From NCBI GenBank assembly GCA_013239625.1, contig MU053933.1, forward strand, positions 868,001 through 932,000: DNA of 64,000 nt. Reading direction: 5' to 3'. The first letter of the stretch is position 1. Each line of letters begins with the position of its first letter. The notes under the pieces were generated by a model. The model saw only the letters and a program-made list of their open reading frames with translations. It had not been told where the DNA came from and did not search any database. The position numbers and the translations under genes were made by a program. Positions 1 through 12,097 of this stretch are shown here, piece after piece. The DNA is from Lama guanicoe. Its lineage: Eukaryota.

Positions 1-893
1 AATTTCAAAACTCACTACAAAGCTGCCGTAACTGAGGCTCTGTGTTACTGTCATAAGGGCGGACATGCAGGTTGGTGGAATAGAACTGAGAGTCCAAATA
101 AACCGTCACACTCACAGTCAGTTGACTTTGACAAGGGCGCCAAGGCCATTCAGTGGAGAAAGGGTCATCTCTTTAACACGCGGTGCTGAGACAACTGTAC
201 ATCCACATGCAAAGAGAGGATCTGGAACCCTTCCTCAGACCATGCACAAAATTAAAATGGATCGAAGACTTGAATGTGAGAGCTAAACCTGTAAAACTCT
301 TAGAAGAAAATACAGGAGGAAATCTTCTTGACCTCGGATTGGGCAAAGTCTCCCAGATATGACACCAAAAAGTGCAAGGGATGGAAGGGAAAATAGATAA
401 ATTGGACTTCACTGAATTTTAAACTTTTATGCTTCAAAGGATACCATCAAGAATGGGAGAAAGTATGTGCAAATCGTATTTCTGCTAAAAGACTTGTTTC
501 TAGAATATATAAAGAACACTTAGAATTCAGTGATTTAAAATAACTTTTTAAAAGGTTTAAAAAAGAGAAAAAGATCTGAAGAGACATTTCTCCAAAGAAG
601 ATGTTCAAGTGGCCAATAAGCACGTGAAAATCTGTTTAATATCGTTAGCCATCAGGGAACAGTCACCAAAACCGCAGTGAGATACCGCTTCACACCCACT
701 AGGATGGCTGTGATCAAAAGGATGCGTAATAACAAGTTGGAACCCTCAGTCAATGCTGGTGAGGGTGTGAAATGGTGCAACCACTTTGGAAAACGGTCTG
801 GTGGTTTCTCAAAAGGTTAAGCATATAGTCACCATATGACCCAGCAATTCCACTCCCTCCTGGGTGCATCCAGGAGAAATTAGAACATATGTC
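1..893 (+). mobile_element. Old LINE-1 (L1M-type) ORF2 3' part, decayed
   Basis: A-rich segment with typical L1 ORF2 words: tactacaaagct-like start, gtaaaactcttagaagaaaa, gacttgtttctagaatatataaagaac, cacacccactaggatggct, ccatatgacccagcaattccactc; many stops. Confidence 0.85.
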
Positions 894-1635
894 CGCTGTC
901 CACACTCCCCCCCAAAGCCCCGGCGGTCACGCTGCGCGCTGCCTGGAAGCCATGCTCTCCTGTGTGGAGGGCGTCTTCTTCCTTCCGGAGCAACCTGCTG
1001 ATGTAGGAAATTGCTTGTTAGAGGAAGAGGTTGGCCTGTGTTATTCCTAAAGGCCTTTTCCTTTCGAGGTCGCTTTGAAACATCAGAGCCGTTGAGGAGA
1101 GTTAGTTGGCCCAGCGCGGAGGAGGAGCACGTTATGTTTCTTTATATGTCGGCCGCGGATTGTTCTTCGGGAGAGGATTTTATTTTCATCCTGTTGTCTG
1201 AGGGTCTGAAGCCTTCAGGTTGCACGGATTAGCCCTTGTTTCGTTTTAATCACCGGTAGCATTTTTTTCCCTTTGCAGTTTTATTAGGTAGAAATATTAC
1301 AGTCCGACTGCACACACAGTACGTGGCGTTTAAGTACGTGTACACAGCACACTGCACGTTGTTTTTAGTTTACATATAGGTGCTGATTATTGTTTCTAAG
1401 AACAGATTAGAGCTTTAGCTTTTTAAACTTACATAGTTATCAAAGGAATAAAGCCAACTATAAAATGAGAATGGACAGAACGGGGTAATCCGATGATAAA
1501 GGACAGTCAAATGTGCTTACACAAACTCAAGAAATCAGTCAGTTTCTGTGAAGACAGTGCCGTCGCTGCAGTGAACGAGGTGTAATTTCGGTCTGTTGAT
1601 TTGGCAGTGGCTCTAATTAAATTTTTTTCTCCCAG

Positions 1636-1716
1636 CATCCGAAAGCCTATGAGAACGGCGCACACAGGTTTCGGCTGCAGAAGCAAGTCCTGACCGACGA
1701 GAGGAACAAGCCCCTG
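1636..1716 (+). CDS. SLC37A1: SLC37A1 coding exon (81 nt, phase 0-0), HPKAYENGAHRFRLQKQVLTDERNKPL, central loop
   Basis: tttttttctcccag acceptor, gtgagt donor; peptide resembles human SLC37A1 HSKGYENGTNRLRLQKQILKSEKNKPL as recalled. Confidence 0.92.
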
Positions 1717-2204
1717 GTGAGTGGCCCCCGCTGCCCCTGGGCAGGAGTGGGGCCCTGCCGGGCGGCACCTGTCGCAGATGCCCTGGGCAGGGCCTGTGCC
1801 TCCTCGGGGACGTCGGAGTCCACCCTGGTTACTTTTCTTTGGATAGCAGAGCTGGGCTTGCTTTAAGATTTTTTAATCAGATTGGCAAGCCATTCATTCA
1901 TCCAGCAACCACTGGCACACCGTGAGCCTCAGTCACAATGTCCCCGGGGCCCGTGGAGCTCACGTCCTGGGGGGCCGGGCATCGGGCTGGGCGTCGGGTG
2001 CAGACAGAGCCCGCCGAGAGGGGTGAGCAGGCACTGATTCAGGCCGGCCTCGCGGGGAGCTGTGAAGGAGGAGTGAGTCCGCACGTACCTGGGCCAAGGG
2101 GGTTCAGGTAGAGGGAGCATGGGGCGGGCTGGGAACATGAGGAGGGACCCAGAGAGAACGTAAAAGCTAGCTGTGTTGCAGCCCTCCACCCCTTCAGCGC
2201 CTTC

Positions 2205-2245
2205 CAGGGTACAGAAGGGGAAACTGAGGCACAGAGGTGCTGAGC
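2205..2245. mobile_element. MIR core fragment
   Basis: acagaaggggaaactgaggcacagagg resembles the MIR core motif. Confidence 0.5.
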
Positions 2246-2814
2246 CCCCTGCCTGGCCCCCTTGGATGGGGAGGCCGGGAGGCAGCTAGGGCTCCTCCCC
2301 TGCGCTGGGCCTCACCTGCCCCCTCTCGGGACACGGTCCGCTCTCCGTTCCCACAGACAGAAACCCCACCAGCACGGGGCCGGCTGCACTACACCAGTGT
2401 GTGTAAAGGACATCAGCATCTGTGGCTTTTGGTCTCTGCGAGGGTCCTGGGAACAGTGCCCCGCAGGTCTCGGGTACCAGGGCAGGACTGTACCTCCGAG
2501 AAGGCTCTCCCAGGAGGCTTCTCCCATCGCTCTGCGTAGCTGACCATGCTGAGCCACAGGGGCGTTTTAGATTTGGTTTTAATCATTGAAAGTATATGAT
2601 CTTTTCTTTTCTCTTTAAATCAGGTAGCTTAAAGGATAAGTGTACTAAACAGGGGTTTTTTTTTCTTTATTGCCGAAGGAATTTATTTTTGGTGGTTGAG
2701 ATAATGGAAGAGGGAAGATGATGTCTGATATGTCTTGGTTCTTGGATTTTAGTTAAATTCAACTGAAATGCTTTAAAATTTCTACTCACTTCTGAGTTTA
2801 TATAAAAATCAGGT

Positions 2815-3188
2815 GCCTTAGCTTGGACTGCTCTAACAAACACGGCAGACTCGGTGGTTAAACAGTAAATAATTATTTCTCACATTGCAAACGTTTATTT
2901 CTGGAGGCTGGGAAGCCCCAGATCAAGGTACCGGAAAACCTGACGTCTGGTGAGAGCCTGCTCCCCGGCCTGCACACGGCCGCCTCCTCCTCGGGTCCTC
3001 ACCCGGCGGAGCAGAGAGAGAAGCAGGCCTTCTGCTGTCTCTTCTCAGAAGGGCACCGATCCCTCCATGGGCGCCCCACCCTCGTGGCCTAATTACCTCC
3101 CAAGGGCCCCACCTGCTAATACCACCACACTAGAGATGGGGGCTCAACATACAGATTTGGGGGTGAACACAAATACGGGGTCCCAGCA
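2815..3188. mobile_element. MLT1A-like ERVL-MaLR solo LTR
   Basis: ctggaggctgggaagccc..agatcaaggt, tctggtgagagcctgct, cctaattacctcccaagggccccacct, gatttgggggtgaacacaaat are hallmark MLT1A/MST words. Confidence 0.8.
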
Positions 3189-4724
3189 GGTCTTAATCAG
3201 TGCCCATGGCCGTAATTCCTCTCTGTCACTGAAGACCCACCTTTTCCCAGAGGCAAGACCCCAGGCCCTGTGCTCTGGTGTAGTTACTGACCAGCAAAGC
3301 GGGCTAGACCTGTCTTCTGAACATAACTGCCCTCTTTCCTTTTCTCTTCCTTCCACAAAAGTCTGTTTACTAGCACGTCACCAAAGAGACAGTTATGTAT
3401 TTAGAAGCCCCAGTAGGTCTGACCTTGATGGACATGACTGGGCAGGTGTTGGTGGCCGTCAATGGGTGTCCCCTTTCAGCTGGCCCCTCCCACTAACCAG
3501 GGTATGGAGCCCTGCCCTTCCATAACAGGACGAGCTCAAGTGCTGGAGGCAGCTCCAGGGTCAGCAGGCAGGACATCCCAGTTTGGCAAGATGCCCTGCT
3601 GTCCCCTCCCCCAAGTGACCCAGCTCAGATCCACTGGGGCCCAGAGCTGAGCACCGCCCAGGCCCCTGATCACTGCTGCCTTTCTGACGGTCCTGCCCAC
3701 TCTCTTACCTGCCCAGCCTGGTTCCCAGCGACCTCTTAGGAAATACACAAAGAAGGGGTGGGCGAGGAAGAGGATGTGCTCGGAGAGAAGGCGGCTCCAG
3801 GGCCACGCGGCCGCACGCTGGACCTGCTTCCAGGCCGCGTGGGTTATAAAAACCCACGAGGTGATTATTTGTGGGGGTGGTCGGAATTTGTCATCCTTGT
3901 AGTCACATGTCCTTCTTGTCACCTTGGCTCCTCTGGGGGTCTTTCTGATTGGCCGTGGCTCAGCAAACACTTAAGGAGCGCTGAGCGGGTGGCTTGCTGC
4001 TCGAGGCTACTCCGCCTGGGGTGCCAGTGCGGACCCACAAGTGTCCTCGGGGCCAGCATCAGGGTGAGGTGTGGGCAGAGCAGTCACCAGTGCGTCCTCC
4101 CCTGTGTGTGTGTTCATCAAATGGCGCCCTTGTGCTCTCTGAAGGCGTAAAACCTCAGGGTGGGGTTCCCCGATCCCAGCAGATCCCCGGGGGCTCCAGG
4201 CACACAGTTTTCTCTGTCCCGTCCACCCAGTGGGTCTTTGTTGGCTCTGAGGAGGAGGCAGCCTTGCGCTCCTGGTTTGTTTTAGAAAACCCGCCACGAC
4301 CTCGCACTTCCCTCTGTCTCCTCCAGGCACTGCAAAGGACCGGAATTTGGTGGCTGGGAGCCCACCCACCCAGGCCCCTGCATAAAAGATGAGTGGGTGT
4401 GGGCAGGAGGCCCATTCTCAACACAGGCAGGGCCTTCCCTCTCGTCCGAGGGGCTCCTCGCTGCTTACGGAGCAGATGGGCTGGGTCTGGGGCCTTAAAC
4501 CAGCCCCGTGGGTGGGTCCCTGAAGCGCTTTACAGAACGAGGACAGGCCAGGTGGTGCCTCAGGGGCGTGAACAGGTGGGCTCTGTGCTGGGCCCGCAGT
4601 CGCTCTGAGTCGGAGGCGCTGTCTTCCTGGCTGAGCAGAAGTTTTTCGCCTTATTTTCACTCTTTATCTGGCTGTATTTCACGGTCCTCTGGTCAGACCA
4701 TCAGTGTGTTAAAGCATCTGTCCT

Positions 4725-4858
4725 GCGGTTCTCAGCTTTGACTGCACATTGGACTCCCCTGGGGTCTGAACAGAGACTGCTCTATCCAACCTGGAATGCA
4801 GCTGGGCAGCGGGCTCTCTCACTGGAGAGTCCAGCGTTTAGCCAGGGTTGAGAACTAT
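4725..4858. mobile_element. MER5-like hAT-Charlie MITE, internally deleted
   Basis: ggttctcagctttgactgcacattgga start and ccagggttgagaacta end match MER5 termini. Confidence 0.55.
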
Positions 4859-6160
4859 TGATTTTTGTCTCCTACACTGGGTAGCCGGCGTAATTCACGA
4901 GAGAAGAGTTTATTTCCAAACTCAAATCTTTGGTCTCTTTTCCAATGACTTTATAGAACTGTCATCAGAAGATATTCTGCTTTCTCACCGGGGGTTGGCA
5001 TCTGCATTCTGGCACATCAGACATGTAGTGACACGGGATCGTGTCCACCAATGGCCAGCTCTGGGCCGGACGCCCGAGTGACGGCAGGAGCCAGGCACCC
5101 TGGTGCCACAGCTCTTGCTGCCCGAGAGGCGCTGGGCCCTCGGCTCCTGGTGGACCACGGTTGCTGCAGCCTGCCACCGTTGTCCACATTTCTGTCTTCC
5201 ACTGGAAGAGAGCTGTCATATCAAGAGACAGATATGACGATCCATTACCACTTTCTTTTTCTGTTAACTGCATTTTGAATCCGTCTTGAGTAGATTATAC
5301 TGAGATAAATACAATAAAACCTATTTGATTTTGTGGAAAGTCTGAACTCCATAGAAGCATTTCTTTCCAAAGCCCTGACTCCCTAGTGCACTCATGAAAG
5401 GTGTTTTTAGATCATCCTTGCTCTGACTTGATACCCCACCGTCAGCTGGAGACCACTGTTCTTTACTTTCATAACGGTAAACTTTGCCCTTTAGGGACGT
5501 CCAGAATCAGAATTTACGAAGTATTGGAATTGGTTTTTGAATTTTAAAATAACGTTTCTGATCACGTATGTCCATTATGAATGCCTTAAAAAATTCAGGA
5601 TCATGTAAAGAATTTCCTGACATTTCCATAAAAATTACACGTTAATTCCACTACTCAGTGACAACCACTATCGGTTTAGAATTTAGCCTCTTTTTTTCTC
5701 TGAATAGATCCTCTAGTTACCCACTTACACAGGTGCACATTTAAGCATGAACGTGCTGTGAGATCAGAGTGAGAACGTGGTTTTGGATGATGTTCTGTTA
5801 CCTGACGTCTCATAAGCACTTCCCAGACCGTCAAATCTCAGCTTTTTCTACGTCATTTATGTGGATGTACTTCAGCAGTTTTTCTCACTGATGGTGTGAC
5901 ATTAATTTTATTGTACGAGTATTTTTCCACTTCTCAAATTATTTTTTGCAAATAGATTCCTAGAATTGTTGGTCAATGGGCTTTGCCTGTTTTTAGTTAG
6001 TATTTCCTAAAACTCCGTGAATTCTAACGGTCATAAAGCGGTTCCCACAGTGAGCATATTTTATGAGGCGTCCCCAAGACCATTAGCAGAGCTCGCCACA
6101 ACCGAATGGGCTACTGGGTAACACCTTTTCTTTCCTTTTCCCAACGGGATTTGTCTCCAG

Positions 6161-6292
6161 GACCCAGAGATGCAGTGCTTACTGCTGTCGGACGGAAAGC
6201 ACTCCGGCCACCAGAACCACGTGGTCATTCTCCCGGCCGATGGCGGGGGCGGCATGGCCGCCATCAGCTTCACTGGGGCCTTGAAAATCCCT
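6161..6292 (+). CDS. SLC37A1: SLC37A1 coding exon (132 nt, phase 0-0), DPEMQCLLLSDGKH...AISFTGALKIP
   Basis: ttgtctccag acceptor, gtgagt donor; DPEMQCLLLSDGK and AAISFTGALKIP match SLC37A1. Confidence 0.96.
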
Positions 6293-6504
6293 GTGAGTAC
6301 CTGGGCCTGGGAGGGGTTTCAAAAAGGGGCATTTGTACTTACCATGAAGACAAACCGGCCTGCTGACAATCAAGCTTGGAAAAGAAATCTGTGACTGTAT
6401 AACCCGTAAGTTAGAGGCCCAGAGCCAGCAGGGACTGGCAGCCGCAGACAGCTCTGCTCGGGACCGAGTAAGGCTGCCGCCTTTGCCTCCCAGTAGTTAC
6501 GAAA

Positions 6505-6603
6505 TATGTACATACACGCACAGCACACACATGTGTATCTATGTATTTAAATATACACACGTGTATACACACGTGTATATATAGACTTAAACACGTATAT
6601 ATA
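6505..6603. repeat. Degenerate (CA/TA)n alternating purine-pyrimidine simple repeat
   Basis: tatgtacatacacgcacagcacacacatgtgtat...acacgtgtatatatag. Confidence 0.7.
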
Positions 6604-8697
6604 ATTTTGAAATTGGTTGTCTCCATTTAGAAATTCACAAATTTCATAGACAAACAGCAGGCCTTCCTGTCTTCACTTGAAACACCAGAAATTCTGGCTC
6701 CACTGGGCCTGCACCCCTGTGGCCCCATCCTCCCCACCCCCGGGCCCCCCATCCCTGGCCTGCCCTGAAACCCTGGGGAGTCACCGCCCCCTCTTTCTGC
6801 TCTATGGCTTGGGTGGGCCCACCTTGGTTTTCTTAACCTGCCACAGTGCTTTTAGGAGCACAGTCCTGGTCTGATTGACCTGTGGGCCGGCAGGGCAGGA
6901 GGAGTGAAGGGATGTGCAGAGACCAGGGAGACGAGCCTGCCTGGACGCAGAGAGCTGATGGTCCTCGGAACCCGGCTTGTTCTGTGTTTGAAAATCAGGC
7001 ATGCTGGTCTGGGGGAGGCAGCCGGCCCGACTCTGGGCTGATGGGGGTGCGTGGTATACATATAATCAGGGTGTGAAGGAAATCGAGGGAAAAGTGTTCC
7101 GGTCCAGGTTGGGGGAGCTGTGCAATGGTGGGATTTCTTTGCTGCAGGTTTTCTTGTATGACGTCCATGGGCCCCCGCAGCAGAGAACCTAGGGAGCCAT
7201 GCAGAGGAGTCTTCAAAGCTGGGTTCTGTGGTGGGGGGGGTGCGGGGAAGGCGGGGGCCCGGAGCAGAACGGGAGGAGGGGCGCACCTGCACCTCGCTCG
7301 GGGGTCTGCCCTGTTCGGAGGAGCTGGTGTCGCTCTCATGCCGGCAGGACCTTCCCCGATGCTGGCCTCAGAGGCTGGGAGGGCAGAGGGAACACTGACC
7401 CGGGGGCTCCTTAGGGACCGTGTGCGGCTGGAAACGTAAACAGGGCGCCAAGAGCCTTAGAACCACATCAGTCAAATGGAAGAACTTAGAACTTCCACTT
7501 CAGAACAGATAGTGCCGCCAGCACCCAGACCAAACTGGCCCTGCGGGGACCCTGCAGCTGGCCTCCAGACAGGAGGACATTGAAGGCCGGGCCTGGACTC
7601 CCAGAGTCCCTGAAGAAGACCCCTGTGGGCTGGCCTGGAGGAGATGCTGCTTCTAAGAGGAAAGTTACTTTTAAATGCTGCTAACAGCTAGTGGCTTTTG
7701 TGTTGCACCTACTGTGCAGCAGCCTCAAGTACCGCTGCTAAAAGTGGGGCGCACTGGGGACAGCAGCAGGCCTGGCCCTGCCACCACGAGCTGGGTGTGC
7801 CTGGCAAGTGTGGTGACCACTCTGGGCCCCCATCTCCTCGCCTGTCGTGCAGGCTCAGTGCCCTTGTTCACGCTGCTCTGAGAACTCCATGCTGTTCTGG
7901 AGCCCAGTGGGGTCGTCACCCGCACACCAAGCGCGATGGCAGGCCCGCGGAAGCGCACGGGCCGTCGCGCCCCGCCCGGGGCGACTGCGGAACATGGAGC
8001 ATGCACACGAATTGCACGTTGTGTTCTCTGCCCAGACTTGGTGTGTGTTCACAACTCTGCACTCACACCTGGAGGGCCACTCACATCTGCCAAGTGCTGT
8101 GTGGAGCTGCTGTCTCTCTAAAAGCAGCGGTGAAAAGGAACGTTTCACAGTAGCCGTGACTCCAGACCAGGTTCCTCACCGGGACCCACACTCCTCTCTC
8201 TGGGTGTTTCTCCAGCACCACAGGTTTGCTCAGTCCCAGGCAGGCAGCAGTCGCCCGTGTGTCGTACCAGATGGTCGGGTGCCCGTGCTGTGTCTCCAGG
8301 TGCCTGTGCAATTCGCGTGACTGCAGTTTTAGGGGGAAAAGACATAGCTACTCAATACGCGGCAACCAGCTGACCGCGCGCTGTGTGCGGCCTCGCTCTT
8401 TGAGAGCTTCCTCGGCTTGTTTCAGGGCCCTGCGGTATGAGAGTCAAATCCGTGGTGTTTACGGATCCTGGTCTGATGGGAAGACTTGAGGTTTCAGTTA
8501 ACAGTCACGTGCTGTAAGAGGCTCCGTCAGTCGGCTGTGCAGTCCCTCCCATTGCAGGTCGCCCTCCACAGCGGTGCGGCACCCAGGCATCTGGAGGGGC
8601 TGTTTTCAGGAGAATGAAGTGCTTCGTAATTCTGCTGCTTATTTCAGCAAACCTGCCGGGTACACGCGGGTAAACACCGGCCCCCTCTTCCCTTCAG

Positions 8698-8788
8698 GGC
8701 GTGATAGAGTTCTCTCTGTGTTTGCTATTTGCAAAGCTGGTCAGCTACACGTTCCTCTTCTGGCTCCCGCTGTACATCACAAGCGTGG
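8698..8788 (+). CDS. SLC37A1: SLC37A1 coding exon (91 nt), GVIEFSLCLLFAKLVSYTFLFWLPLYITSV
   Basis: cccttcag acceptor, gtgagt donor; conserved SLC37 family TM motif. Confidence 0.97.
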
Positions 8789-10434
8789 GTGAGTACCTGC
8801 TGCCTGCAGGACGGCGGCTGCTCGCAGCGACTGCGTCGGACGGAGCCCCCTTGTCCCCAGGTCTTGAGTCTTGGGAGGGAGCGCGAGCCTGATGCCCGGG
8901 AGACACTTGAGTCAGACTGCGTGATGAGTAGGAACGTGTAGACGGAAAGAACTCAAGTGTGGGCGTGTCATTGCCGTAGCGATCACCTTGTCGTGTCCCG
9001 GCTGTGGCTGCCAGTTCCGTGGGGTCTCCCTGTCTGGGGCGCCTGCGTCTGAATTTAGGCTGCGTCAACTTTGGGTCAGGGCAGCTGGCGAGCAGGGCAG
9101 AGGCCCTGGGGAGCTGAGATAATTCGGGCCTAACCGTCTGACCTGGAACCTGCTGCTGGAGGGGAGCTCTAACTTCGGGGGAGCTGACAGTTTAACTCCC
9201 ACTTCCGAAGCCCTGCCGGGGCCGGAGCTGGAGGTTAAGACAGAGCAGAGCAGCTGGGGAGTTACGTGCCCTCCCCGGACCGTGCATGCCCGCAGCGGAG
9301 ACAGGAGGAAGGGCGGCAGCTCCTAAGAGGACAGGCCCCTGAGCGCGGGGGCCGCAGCCGCTGCGACCGGGACAGGTGGTCAGGGAGGGCCTGGAGCCTC
9401 TGGGCCCAGGAGTCAGGGCTTGTGAGGAGAAAGAAAAGAAACCAGGGTCCCCGGGAGGTGCGGGCCCTAGTGAACGTGACAGAGAGGAGAACTGGGGTGT
9501 GGGGGTTCCAGAGGACAGACCCGTGTTCCCAGCAGGGGCATGAGGACCAGCAGAGATGGACGGAGCCTGAGGCGGGAGGGCTGAGTTTCTCAGGGATGGG
9601 AGCTGGAGAGGCAGTGAGGGGACCGTCCTGTGGTAGCGGGGACGTGGAGGGGAGGGGCAGGAAGGAGCTCCCAGGGTTTCCAAGCTTCCTTCCCTGTCCC
9701 ACGACCCCTTCCTTGCAGCCAGCGAGCTGCCGTGGTGCAGACAGGTGGGCCCTCAACGGGCTGGCACTGCGCTCCTGTGACCACAGGACTCAGGTCACAA
9801 GTGACTGGCATTTGCAGTCTGAGTGATTGTTTGAAAAGAGCAGATTGCCCTGTGCACCATTCAGGACGCTAGGAAGGGCTGGGCTGATGAACGGTCCAGA
9901 TGCCTCCCAAACCTCGTCTCCCGGGCGTTGGCCGCCTTGAATCCCCCGAAAGCCCCAGGCCCGTGCGAAGTCCGACAGGGAGACCCCTGTGCTGCGCAGT
10001 GAGACCTGGGCTTTCTCACCTGGAGGAGGAGCTCCTGGCGCCTTCAGGTCTAAACTCTGGGGGTCTTGTGCTCTGTGTCAAGGGGCGCTCCTGCAGCCCC
10101 CCGGCTGCTCCCCAAGGCCGGCTCCACCGGCCCTGTCTCGCCTCCCTGCTGCTGTCCTTGAAGGAACACTGAGCCTAAGGCGGGATGGCAGTTAGGCTGA
10201 GCCACTGAGTCCTCGCTTTGCAGGTGAGGGTTTAGGTCTCCTCCATTCTGTGCGTCCACCCGCATGGCGGACCCCTTTTTCCTCTTCTGATCTGATAATC
10301 ATTTGATACTCATCTGATCATTGAGCGAATAACTGTTGCCTGACTGAAGGCATGCTTACGGAACAGCAGAATGTTGTGTGTGGGTCTTGCACTGCTGTGA
10401 CTTCCTCGGTGACACTCCATCGTCACTTTAATAG

Positions 10435-10497
10435 ATCACCTCGATGTCAGGAAGGCCGGGGAGCTCTCCACCTTGTTTGACGTGGGCGGCATCTTCG
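10435..10497 (+). CDS. SLC37A1: SLC37A1 coding exon (63 nt, phase 1-1), (D)HLDVRKAGELSTLFDVGGIF
   Basis: actttaatag acceptor, gtgagt donor; STLFDVGGI family motif. Confidence 0.96.
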
Positions 10498-10959
10498 GTG
10501 AGTTCACTGCCTGTGTTCTCTGTGGATGGTGCGTGAACACCTGTGGCCCTGACTGTGAGCTGCCTTAGTGCCGGGAGGCGCCGGGCTGTGCCTCTGGGGG
10601 AGGCTCCCCCCCATCCTGGGCCTTGACCCCGTGCTCCGCAGCCCCTGGCAGGCAACAGGCTGTCAGGGTTGGGACCCTCCCAGGCCGCGGGGCCTTGGGG
10701 CCAGCCTGAAACCTGAGCCCTAGACCGCCCGTGTTTTTCACTTGGTGGGGGGGGCTCTGGGTCATGTGACCACGGCCACCGAGGCCGGTTCCAGGCCGAG
10801 CACCGCGGAGGCCGCTCCCTGCCAACTCTGATGTGGGCGCAGAGGGCCCGGCCAGGAGGTCACTCTTCTCACTGCTGCTGCGAGGCGTGTTCTGCTGCTG
10901 CTCTGTGGGGTCCTGCCCTGGGGACGCAAGCCCCTCAGGGCCCTCCCTCTGCCTTGTAG

Positions 10960-11045
10960 GTGGGATCCTGGCGGGCGTGATCTCAGATCGACTGGAGAAA
11001 AGGGCCTCCACCTGCGGCCTGATGCTGCTGCTCGCAGCCCCGACG
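10960..11045 (+). CDS. SLC37A1: SLC37A1 coding exon (86 nt), (G)GILAGVISDRLEKRASTCGLMLLLAAPT
   Basis: gccttgtag acceptor, gtgagc donor; MFS GxxSDR motif. Confidence 0.97.
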
Positions 11046-11374
11046 GTGAGCCCGCCCTCCCACCGCCTTGTCGGGCCCCCGGGCCTGAGGAAACGCAGCC
11101 CTTTGTCCTCCCACAGGCAGACCCTCCCGTCTGCTCCGCTCCTGGCTCTGGTTTCCAAGACCAGTGATTGCCTGGGGACCCCACTCAGCGCTCAGTGCCC
11201 CCCCCCGCTGGGCCCCCCTCCCCCTAGGCTTCTCGTGTGCCCGTGTGCTCTGTTCCCTTTGGGACGCCCTTCCCCTCCCTCAAGAGGCTTCTGCACGTTT
11301 TTTTAGGATCCCTGCTGTCTTCCCTCCCTCCCCAGGCAGCACCAACCCTGCCCATCCACTACATTTTAAGTATT

Positions 11375-11460
11375 TAGTAGCTCCCTCTGCGCCTCGGTGT
11401 CCTCATCTGAAAAACCTCAGTGCGACTGTGAGGATCAAGTGGAAAAACACAAGTCATGGC
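11375..11460. mobile_element. MIR fragment
   Basis: ctctgcgcctcggtgtcctcatctgaaaaa ... gtgaggatcaagtg resembles MIR core. Confidence 0.5.
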
Positions 11461-12048
11461 CGTTCCCACAGCAGCTGTGTCATAAGCCGTAGGACTGCTC
11501 ATCTGTTTGCACTGTAGTTATTTGCCCGTTTGCCACTCCCCTGGGCCTTGACTGTCCCCAGACAAAGCCTAGTCTCCAGCTGTCCTGGGGCCATGGACAC
11601 TGCCCAGAACAGACACTCAAAGAACCTTGGCTGATGACGTGCTGGGCGTGGCCCCTTTGCCACCAGGGCCCCAGCTCAGCGGGCGCGGCTGTTTGGGTCT
11701 GCCGGCCTGGGAGGAGACGGGTAGACTCTTGAGACGCAGAGCTCAGGGGGGCGGCCCCAACAAGGCCTCGCTCCGGGACCTTGGAGTGGAGGCGCCCCCA
11801 GAGCTCCCCAGATCGTGGGCGATCCGACCCTGCCTGTCTGGGGCAAGGCTGGGGACTGTGTGCCAAGCTCTCTGCGACGCCTGTCCTTAGACAGCCTGCT
11901 GGGGTGGCCTGGCCATCCTGCTTTTTGGAGGGTGTCCACTCTCTGATTGGCTGCCCGAGAATCGCTTTTCAGAAATAGAGATTCCTGGTCAATCTCTCAG
12001 CCACTTGTAGTAAACCGTTGTCTTTACCCTCTTTTTCCCTATTCACAG

Positions 12049-12097
12049 CTGTACGTATTCTCCGCCATCAGCAAAATGGGTCTGGAAGCCACCGTAG
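12049..12097 (+). CDS. SLC37A1: SLC37A1 coding exon (49 nt), LYVFSAISKMGLEATV
   Basis: ctttttccctattcacag acceptor, gtgagt donor; frame consistent with neighbours. Confidence 0.95.

Noticed and set aside
10158-10172. ttgaaggaacactga resembling the terminal exon tttaaggagcactga
   Set aside because: Short match compatible with chance; no acceptor in the right position
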